Assembly (NCBI GenBank): GCA_964016885.1
Contig: OZ024754.1
Span: 310,001-374,000, forward strand
Origin: Eledone cirrhosa
Lineage: Eukaryota
DNA: 64,000 nt
Direction of reading: 5' to 3'
Part shown: piece after piece, positions 55,334 to 64,000 of the stretch
Numbering within the stretch: position 1 is the stretch's first letter
Layout: the number at the start of each line of letters is the position of its first letter
Made by a program: the position numbers and the translations under genes
Notes under the pieces: generated by a model
Told to the model about the DNA's origin: nothing
The model's input: only the letters and a program-made list of their open reading frames with translations
The model's database searches: none

Positions 55334-58300
55334 ATACTGTGGAGGCCCATGGCTTAGTGGTTGCAATCGAAAGGTTGTGAGTTCAATTCTCAGACCGGGT
55401 GATGTGTTGTTTCCTTGAGCAATCACTTTATTTCACATTGCTCCAGTTTACTCAGCTGTAGAAATGAGATGATAGGCACACCAGTCCACTGCAAAGTGGT
55501 CGTGGAGGTGCCACGGCAAAAAAGCACCCAGCACTCACTGTAAATGAGGTTGGTGTTAGGAAGGGCATCCAGCTGTAGAAATCAAGCCAGAATTAGTTCC
55601 CGTCCCACCCTTGCAAGCAGGGAAAAGCGGACGTAAAATGATGATGATGATATATACATACATACACATATGTATACATACATATATACATACATATATA
55701 CATATATATATATACATATACATACATATATATATACATACATTTTTCTAGGGTGATTTCCTCCTAGGTGGGCCCAGTTCCCTAGGAATGTTTGTAACCT
55801 CAGATGGAATTTCCCAGAGGCCTCCATTGCAATGGTCACATGATCTAGTGAGTGTCGCTTATGTCCATCCATATATTGTTGCTCTCAACACTGAATTTAT
55901 TACTGTTCACAGGTGAGCTACTTTTTTTCTTTTTCCTTCTCACCTTTCTTTTAAACATCTGTCCTACATCGTAGTTTTTTCTGTTTATTGTTGGTTTCCC
56001 ATGTCCACAGACCCAAACCTACATCTAGTAAGCACCTCTTAACCAGTATACCCCCACTGACCAACTCCTGTCCACACTGCCCTTACACTGTGAACAAAAC
56101 ATATCTAGCCCACAGTTAGGTAGTTCTGTAGGTGTCACGACAAAAAGAATCCTGTCCACACTGTAAAGTGGTTGTGTAGGTGTTATGACAATAAGCACCC
56201 AACACACACTGTAAAGTGTTTGTGTAGGTGTCAACAAAAGACACCCAGTACACCCTGTAAAGTGGTCGTGTAGGTGTCTAAACAAAAAGCACCCAGTACA
56301 CAGAGTAAAAGTGGTTGGTGTTAGGAAGGGCATCCAGGCATAGAAACCAAGCCAGAAACAGTTCTGTATGAGCAAGACACGGTTACTTGACCCAACTTGC
56401 CTCAAATGGGACAGCTCGTCTAACCCATGCTAGCGTGGAAAGTGGACATTAAACGATGATGATGATAGATATCTAAGTCATAAATCAATAATTTTTTATT
56501 GATATAAATTTGTTACAATTTTCCTTTTGCATTGAATTTTTGATAATTAGAATTCTACTGTTTGTTCTGATAACCTTGTTCTTGCAGTATTCTTGATCAA
56601 CAGCAGAAGCAAGCGATACCATTCCAAGGTGGATCTTTGCTAGGAGATTTCGATGGCCGAATTTTTGTGTCTTCTTGCAAGGAGATCTATGCTCTGGTAC
56701 CAGTGGCTTGGGAAAAACAGGCAAGTACTATGTTATAGATGTGCATCTGTCTGTGGAATGCTTGGCAACTTTCCAACAAGTTGTTCCATTGATCAAACAA
56801 CTAGAGCACTCGTTATTGAAACTGACAGAAATTCATTTCAACCTTCTCTTTTCTCATTAAAAATATTGTGATGAAAGGGCTAAGGCAAGCCAGCCTGATT
56901 ATGTAGGCCGTCTCTTTTACAGAATATGGAAGATAGTATTCTTAATTGCTATCCACTTGTTTCATTTTCCTTTCAGATTCAAGCATTGCTTGCAGATAAA
57001 AGAGTTACAGAAGCATTGGATTTGGCAAAAAATGCCAACAGAACTGGGCTCAGTAAAGAAAAATTCCTAAAGGTTTGTCATTCAATATTAGTTACATTTT
57101 AAAACTAGAGCGGGGAGTTGTGATACATATCAACACACCAGATGTAAATGTTTTAAAACTAGAGTGGTGTCATAAATATTACACCAGATGTAAAAGTTTT
57201 ACTGCTTTCAGTTTTATCAATATTTATTCAATGTTCAAACTTTGATAATTTTAATTTTCATTTCTCTGGAAATAAGTAATAAGTGATGCCCTTCCTAACA
57301 CCAACCACATTTACAATGTCGACTGGGCACTTTTTGTTGTGACACTACACTTTACAATGTCGATTGGGCATTTTTTGTTGTGACACTACACTTTACAGTG
57401 TGGACTGGACACTTTTTGTTGTGACACCAAAACGACCACTTTATAATGTGGACTGGGGTCATGACAGTAACCAAGGACCAGCTGCTGGTGTTAATTATTA
57501 TCTAAGCATTGCTGTTGCAATTTATAAGATTAACAAGTTAATACAACCTTTTCTCTCTGGACATTTTTGTCTACAAATAGTAGTGAAATCTTCTTCAGAT
57601 TACACCTGTCTTAAAATAAAACATTTAAACTGGCCGTATCCAGCCAGAATTCTCTCACCTCTTTCTGTTCAAACTGGCCATAAATATATAATATCCAAAT
57701 CTCATAGATTCGATATTATGTGAGGTAAAGTCTTAACTGTGAAAATACAATAGTATATATAGAGTAATGTAAATGTTATGTGAGATATTATGTGAGGTAA
57801 AGTCTTTACTGTGAAAATACAATAGTATATATAGAGTAATGTAAATGTTATGTGAGATATTATGTGAGGTAAAGTCTTTACTGTGAAAATACAATAGTAT
57901 ATATAGAGTTATGTAAATGTTATGTGAGGTATTATGTGAGGTAAAGCCTTTACTGTGAAAATACAATAGTATATATAGAGTAATGTAAATGTTATGTGAG
58001 ATATGTGAGGTAAAGCCTTTACTGTGAAAATACAATAGTATATATAGAGTAATGTAAATGTTATGTGAGATATTATGTGAGGTAAAGCCTTTACTGTGAA
58101 AATACAATAGTATATATAGAGTAATGTAAATGTTATGTGAGATATTATGTGAGGTAAAGCCTTTACTGTGAAAATACAATAGTATATATAGAGTAATGTA
58201 AATACTGAAGGGTTCAAACAACATTAGATAATATTGTTGAAAATGTCTAAAATGTCCAGGCTAGTCATGACTAGAACCCCATTGTCAACATGTCTGATCA

Positions 58301-59994
58301 GGGATATAACTTTTGTGTTTTCTTCAGTTGCTCAGTCGCATTCAACAGCAAGCAGCTTTTATTGAATTCTCCTTAGGACATTTCACTGAAGCCAATGAAC
58401 TGTTCCAAAATGGAGAAGTTGATGTTAAAGAGGTCAGTTTATATCCTTTCACTGTTGCTATTTTCTTCCCTCTCTCATAAACCACATTAGTTCTATTTTT
58501 TATTTGTTTGTTTGTTTCCTACTTTTTCTCTTGATTCATCCTTTCTTTCTCTTTTGTTTTCATCTTCCGTTCTTTCATTCCCGTCTTCTTTCTTTATTTA
58601 TTTCTTCCGTTCTTCTTCCCTCTCCCCCTCATTCTCTTGCTATTCACTTAATCCTTTCATTACCAAACCATCTGAAACCATCACTAGTTCTATGATACAA
58701 AGCTTCTTCCAGTAGGTCCTGTCAGAAGCAACCGTTTCCAACTGATCTGTTTGGGTCTCCAAACATGACCAGCCCAGCTCATGGATGTTATCCAACCATC
58801 TTGCTCAGGGTCTACTGGTTTTGCCCGTAAAATCTGTCCAGCAATTCTTTCCTGAAACATTCTAACCACATGCTGAAAGCTGTTTGATATGAAGTATTTA
58901 TATCTATCTAAAACCTTCCACCATAATTCTATGTCAGTACCACCTCTATATTATTCCACCTCTCCCTTCTCTTGGTCAGTACCACCTCTATATTATTCCA
59001 CCTCTCCCTTCTCTTGGCCAGTACCACCTCTATATTATTCCACCTCTCCCTTCTCTTGGCCAGTACCACCTCTATATTATTCCACCTCTCCCTTCTCTTG
59101 GTCAGTACCACCTCTATATTATTCCACCTCTCCCTTCTCTTGGTCAGTACCACCTCTATATTATTCCACCTCTCCCTTCTCTTGGCCAGTACCACCTCTA
59201 TATTATTCCACCTCTCCCTTCTCTTGGTCAGTACCACTTCTATATTATTCCACCTCTCCCTTCTCTTGGTCAGTACCACTTCTATATTATTCCACCTCTC
59301 CCTTCTCTTGGTCAGTACCACCTCTATATTATTCCACCTCTCCCTTCTCTTGGCCAGTACCACCTCTATATTATTCCACCTCTCCCTTCTCTTGGTCAGT
59401 ACCACCTCTATATTATTCCACCTCTCCCTTCTCTTGGTCAGTACCACCTCTATATTATTCCACCTCTCCCTTCTCTTGGCCAGTACCACCTCTATATTAT
59501 TCCACCTCTCCCTTCTCTTGGCCAGTACCACCTCTATATTATTCCACCTCTCCCTTCTCTTGGCCAGTACCACTTCTATATTATTCCACCTCTCCCTTCT
59601 CTTGGCCAGTACCACCTCTATATTATTCCACCTCTCCCTTCTCTTGGTCAGTACCACTTCTATATTATTCCACCTCTCCCTTCTCTTGGCCAGTACCACC
59701 TCTATATTATTCCACCTTTCTTTTCTCTTGGTCAGCTGATAAGTTTATATCCGCGGATGTTGATGTCATCATGTCAGTTCACACGGTCAGTACCACCACT
59801 CCATGACATAGCTGATGTTAACCAACTGACTAAAGGAGATAACACTAAACTAACCGAATACAAAGACTTTCTTCAGTTCTATCTGGAAGGGATCAAACAC
59901 AGCTCAGCTGCCACAGGCAACGAACAGGTACGGCTGATTAGTTCAACATAATAATTAACTAACAATTTTGGTAGTTTTTAAAAGTACACTGATG

Positions 59995-60064
<70 letters not shown>

Positions 60065-60219
60065 ATACATACACTCTCTGACAAAATCTGTGCACACACA
60101 CACTCTCACACACATAACTCTGTACTGACACACTCACTAACATGTATGCATACACTCTCTCACACATGCACACACTGACACATGTAATACCCGCTGACAC
60201 ATATATATATATATACACT

Positions 60220-60256
<37 letters not shown>

Positions 60257-60283
60257 TGACATATGTATATATATATATACACT

Positions 60284-60320
<37 letters not shown>

Positions 60321-63300
60321 TGACATATATATATACACTGACATATATATATATATATATATATACACTGACATATGTATATATATATACACTGACATAT
60401 ATATATATATATTAATAAGAGGAATTCCAACTTTGTCTGATTTACTCGTTTTATTTACAATCCTTTAAAATTTATAATGGTATTATAATGAAATAGTATG
60501 GTAGAATATTAAATGTTAAGTGTTAATTAAACAAGTACTTTCATGCTTTCGCAATCTTCAGGTTCATAGTATGTGGTGACAGTCAAGTTTGCAATTTTCA
60601 ACACACTTAACATTTAATATTCTATCATACTATTTCATTATAATACCATTATAAATTTTAAAGGATTGTAAATAAAACGAGTAAATCAGACAAAGTTGGA
60701 ATTCCTCTTATTAATATGATTTTCTATACACAATCATACACACCCATGTATATTTATCTATCACTCTATATATATATATATACATACACTGACATATGTA
60801 TGTACAATAACAGAGAAATGAAATGGTATCAATCAAAAATTTCAACTGTGCCACGGCACTGACCAAGAACTGACATTTGACCTATTGGTTAGGACCTTAG
60901 ACTGATGATCATAATCTCATGAACCAGGTTGTGCATCCTTGTCTTGTGCAAAGCACTTAATTTCTTTTTGCTTCAGTACACTCAGCTAAAAATGAATACC
61001 AACAGTTGCTGAAGTTAACTCTGTGATGGACTGGTGTCCTATTCCGGAATGAGTCTTGTACTCTCAATTGCTTAAAACTGGGATGAACTCCTGGGCTTGG
61101 GACAGACTTTTTTAAGTTGGATCAGCAGTCTGAACACCTTAACCTTGAATATTTACTAATAAATTCCTATCTTTTCATCAACATCATCATGTCTTCTTTG
61201 TGTATTTCTAGGTGATTGACACTGCCTTAGTAAAACTTTACTCTGAGAATAAGCAGGGTGATCTTCTGACTCTTGTTGCTGTTGATTCTCAATGTGAATT
61301 AGCTGATAGTGCTGAGTGGTTAGAGAAATACCATTGCTACCATCCACTTGCCATGCTCTACTACTGTCACAGGGACTATGACAAAGCTCTTCAGATATGG
61401 ATGAGGTTTGTGAACTTGAAGTGATTTAATATGGCTTCCAATACCACCACCACCACTGTCATCACCACCACCATTGTCATCACCACCATCATCACAACCA
61501 CCACTACCGTCATCATCACCACCACCAGTCATCCCCATCACCATCACCACCTCCATCACCACCATCATCACCACCTCCATCACCATCATCACCTCTACCA
61601 CCACCATCACCTCTACCACCACGACCACCACCATCACCTCTACCACCACCATCACCATCACTACTATCATCACCACCACCACTACTATCATCACCACCAC
61701 CACCATCATCATCATCCTCTTATATTGTTCCCTGGTTATTTCAGACTAATAAACGAAGAACTCCATGACAACATCTTCCCTGGTTTGGACTTTGTTGTGG
61801 AAATTCTGGCTAAGTAATGTCTTTTATTATCTCTAGTTTCAGCTTTCTTCAATTCTATGTGTGTGTGTATGGAGTAAGATGACTGGGTCCTGTGTGGAGG
61901 AAAGATGAAAGTGACTGAGTGAGGGGAATAGAAGTGATACCTTAACAAGTCTGCCAATTTACCTCTAACTAAAATTCTACTCCAAAAGTTACTAATAATA
62001 ATTGTAAAATATTTTTTCAGATTAGTCAGTATTAAAAATTTCCATGGCAACTAAAATAAAATTTTATAGGAAAAGATACAACCACAAACCATTTCATAAT
62101 TGGACTTCATTAACACAGTACAACAATATTTTGTCATGAGATATTGTTTTGATCAAGAGTTACAAGATATTATCACAGTACAACAATATTCTGTCATGAG
62201 ATATTGTTTTGATCAAGAGTTACAAGATATTATCACAGTACAACAATATTCTGTCATAAGATATTGTTTTGATCAAGAGTTACAAGATATTATCACAGTA
62301 CAACAATATTCTGTCATAAGATATTGTTTTGATCAAGAGTTACAAGATATTATCAGAGTACAACAATATTCTGTCATGAGATATTGTTTTAGTCAAGAGT
62401 TAGAAGATATTATCACAGTACAACAATATTCTGTCATGAGATATTGTTTTAGTCAAGAGTTAGAAGATATTATCACAGTACAACAATATTCTGTCATGAG
62501 ATATTGTTTTAGTCAAGAGTTAGAAGATATTATCACAGTACAACAATATTCTGTCATGAGATATTGTTTTAGTCAAGAGTTAGAAGATATTATCACAGTA
62601 CAACAATATTCTCTCATGAGATATTGTTTTAGTCAAGAGTTAGAAGATATTATCACAGTACAACAATATTCTCTCATGAGATATTGTTTTAGTCAAGAGT
62701 TAGAAGATATTATCACAGTACAACAATATTCTCTCATGAGATATTGTTTTAGTCAAGAGTTAGAAGATATTATCACAGTACAACAATATTCTCTCATGAG
62801 ATATTGTTTTAGTCAAGAGTTAGAAGATATTATCACCGTACAACAATATTCTCTCATGAGATATTGTTTTGATCAAGAGTTACAAGATATTATCACAGTA
62901 CAACAATATTCTGTCATAAGATATTGTTTTGATCAAGAGTTACAAGATATTATCACAGTACAACAATATTCTCTCATGAGATATTGTTTTGATCAAGAGT
63001 TACAAGATATTATCACAGTACAACAATATTCTGTCATGAGATATTGTTTTAGTCAAGAGTTAGAAGATATTATCACAGTACAACAATATTCTGTCATGAG
63101 ATATTGTTTTAGTCAAGAGTTAGAAGATATTATCACAGTACAACAATATTCTGTCATGAGATATTGTTTTAGTCAAGAGTTAGAAGATATTATCACAGTA
63201 CAACAATATTCTGTCATGAGATATTGTTTTAGTCAAGAGTTAGAAGATATTATCACAGTACAACAATATTCTGTCATGAGATATTGTTTTAGTCAAGAGT

Positions 63301-63718
63301 TAGAAGATATTATCACAGTACAACAATATTCTCTCATGAGATATTGTTTTGATCAAGAGTTACAAGATATTATCACAGTACAACAATATTCTCTCATAAG
63401 ATATTGTTTTAGTCAAGAGTTACATGATATTATCACAGTCCAACAGTCTGTCATGAGATATTGTTTTGGTCAAGAGTTACAGTACAACAATATTTTATGA
63501 GATATAGTTTTAATTAAGATTCACACAATCAACTCTTGTTACTATATTTGTTTTTGTTATTTTGGAATTCTGCTAATCTTCCATTCTATTCCTAAATGTT
63601 CATATTTGTTTTTGTTTGTTTTTTCTTCTGTTGAAACATTTCAAGTCTAAAAGAACACAGTATAGTATGGAAATATGTCGAGAGAATATTACAGATTGAT
63701 GAAGAGATTGGAGTTAAG
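47182..63718 (+). CDS. TGFBRAP1: TGF-beta receptor-associated protein 1 / Vps3 (CORVET subunit; CNH domain plus start of the helical region), 15 coding exons, 3'-incomplete
   Basis: Exons 47182-47256, 50680-50732, 51434-51530, 52241-52339, 52859-52945, 53533-53637, 54458-54592, 55752-55912, 56588-56720, 56977-57072, 58328-58432, 59736-59927, 61212-61405, 61745-61813, 63646-63718 splice in phase (1674 nt). Peptides [68 protein letters not shown] and IDTALVKLY match vertebrate TGFBRAP1 as I recall it. Confidence 0.94.
48010..49135. repeat. G-rich repeats in TGFBRAP1 intron 1 (gggtgggtcagagtggga(ga)n; (GGT/GGC)n)
   Basis: Direct inspection. Confidence 0.9.
49896..49960 (-). ncRNA. Hammerhead motif, tandem copy 1
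   Basis: minus strand: tattttgt-CTGATGA-aggcacacca...tggtatccct-GAAA-tatgta-TA-atgaaata. Confidence 0.65.
50095..50160 (-). ncRNA. Hammerhead motif, tandem copy 2
   Basis: minus strand: tattttat-CTGATGA-aagcgcac...gtggccctt-GAAA-tatgta-TA-atgaaata. Confidence 0.65.
50680..50732 (+). CDS. TGFBRAP1: TGFBRAP1 exon 2
   Basis: ccag|[17 protein letters not shown](C)|gtaagt. Confidence 0.92.
51434..51530 (+). CDS. TGFBRAP1: TGFBRAP1 exon 3
   Basis: acag|FIVHYILQE...QQHKYLGV|gtatgt. Confidence 0.9.
52241..52339 (+). CDS. TGFBRAP1: TGFBRAP1 exon 4
   Basis: gcag|[33 protein letters not shown]|gtaagt. Confidence 0.95.
52859..52945 (+). CDS. TGFBRAP1: TGFBRAP1 exon 5
   Basis: ttag|[29 protein letters not shown]|gtaagt. 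Confidence 0.92.
53095..53352 (+). mobile_element. SINE-like family C with a (GAT)n tail (related copies 55480-55650, 56150-56465, 57285-57450-, 15432-15476-)
   Basis: gtggttggtgttaggaagggcatcc...gacgttaaacgatgatgat. Confidence 0.7.
53533..53637 (+). CDS. TGFBRAP1: TGFBRAP1 exon 6
   Basis: gtag|[35 protein letters not shown]|gtaaag. Confidence 0.92.
53678..54202. repeat. 60-bp near-perfect minisatellite (~9 copies)
   Basis: unit catataatatagctaccaccccctccttcaggatacaacatagctacaccctcccttccc. Confidence 0.97.
54458..54592 (+). CDS. TGFBRAP1: TGFBRAP1 exon 7
   Basis: gcag|[11 protein letters not shown]...QDLFPY...IVKRIGK|gtaaga. Confidence 0.94.
55752..55912 (+). CDS. TGFBRAP1: TGFBRAP1 exon 8
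   Basis: ctag|[29 protein letters not shown]...EFITVH(S)|gtgagc. Confidence 0.94.
56588..56720 (+). CDS. TGFBRAP1: TGFBRAP1 exon 9 (GC donor)
   Basis: gcag|[15 protein letters not shown]...LVPVAWEKQ|gcaagt. Confidence 0.9.
56977..57072 (+). CDS. TGFBRAP1: TGFBRAP1 exon 10
   Basis: tcag|[32 protein letters not shown]|gtttgt. Confidence 0.93.
58328..58432 (+). CDS. TGFBRAP1: TGFBRAP1 exon 11
   Basis: tcag|[14 protein letters not shown]...[15 protein letters not shown]|gtcagt. Confidence 0.93.
58938..59735 (+). repeat. 19x42-bp minisatellite built from the exon-12 acceptor region
   Basis: unit taccacctctatattattccacctctcccttctcttgg(t/c)cag. Confidence 0.97.
59736..59927 (+). CDS. TGFBRAP1: TGFBRAP1 exon 12
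   Basis: tcag|LISLYPRML...[21 protein letters not shown]...GNEQ|gtacgg. Confidence 0.93.
60529..60565 (-). ncRNA. Minimal hammerhead motif in the spacer of a 115-bp inverted repeat
   Basis: minus strand: gaac-CTGAAGA-t-tgc-gaaa-gca-t-GAAA-gtac-TT-gttt; palindromic agtact stem III. Confidence 0.65.
61212..61405 (+). CDS. TGFBRAP1: TGFBRAP1 exon 13
   Basis: ctag|[12 protein letters not shown]...WLEKYH...ALQIWM(R)|gtttgt. Confidence 0.94.
61745..61813 (+). CDS. TGFBRAP1: TGFBRAP1 exon 14
   Basis: tcag|[22 protein letters not shown](N)|gtaatg. Confidence 0.88.
62105..63500. repeat. 60-bp minisatellite (~23 copies) in intron 14
   Basis: unit tatcacagtacaacaatattctgtcatgagatattgttttagtcaagagttagaagatat. 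Confidence 0.97.
63646..63718 (+). CDS. TGFBRAP1: TGFBRAP1 exon 15
   Basis: caag|[24 protein letters not shown]|gtaagc; AAG acceptor; gene continues past the window. Confidence 0.85.
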
Positions 63719-64000
63719 GTAAGCATTGCATACACAACTACATTTACTTAACTCTTTAGCATTTAAACCAGCCGTAACCGGCCAGAATTCTCTCACCTCT
63801 TTCTGTTCAAACTAGCCATAACTGGCCAGAATTCTCTCACCTCTTTCTGTCCAAACCGGCCATAGCCGGCCAGCATTCTCTCACCTCTTTCTGTTTAAAC
63901 CAGCCATAACTGGCTGCTCATATTGACATTAAGGTTTTGTTCTCAAAATAAATAACATTATCAAAATCTCTTAGATTCCCTATTATGTAAGATAATTATG

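Noticed and set aside
55582-55872. 96-aa minus-strand ORF
   Set aside because: Antisense shadow of TGFBRAP1 exon 8 plus microsatellite.
62100-63500. 466-aa repeat ORF on the gene strand
   Set aside because: 60-bp intronic minisatellite; exons 14 and 15 join in phase and collinearly with homologues without it.

Overview
AT-rich, microsatellite-dense animal genomic DNA. The SINE families and repeat style suggest an octopus/cephalopod genome (inference). The window holds two divergently oriented spliced genes, neither resolved by the ORF track. One is a complete 5-exon PIM-family Ser/Thr kinase on the minus strand (19530-24465, 292 aa). The other is the first 15 coding exons (558 codons) of TGFBRAP1/Vps3 on the plus strand (47182 to beyond the window end), including one GC-AG intron. 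The rest is tRNA-derived SINEs, decayed LINE fragments (HERO/R2-like, CRE-like, R4/Dong-like, RTE, CR1-like), a non-autonomous Helitron, several MITEs and many minisatellites; nearly all long ORFs in the track are repeat artefacts. Three unexplained structures stand out. (i) At least seven minimal type-I hammerhead-ribozyme motifs, several sitting at the centre or edge of long inverted duplications, plus a ~200-bp tandem pair resembling a retrozyme inside TGFBRAP1 intron 1. (ii) A 19x42-bp minisatellite made from a TGFBRAP1 3' splice site, giving an in-frame ladder of candidate acceptors. (iii) Minisatellites that arose inside, and appear to be spread by, transposons.
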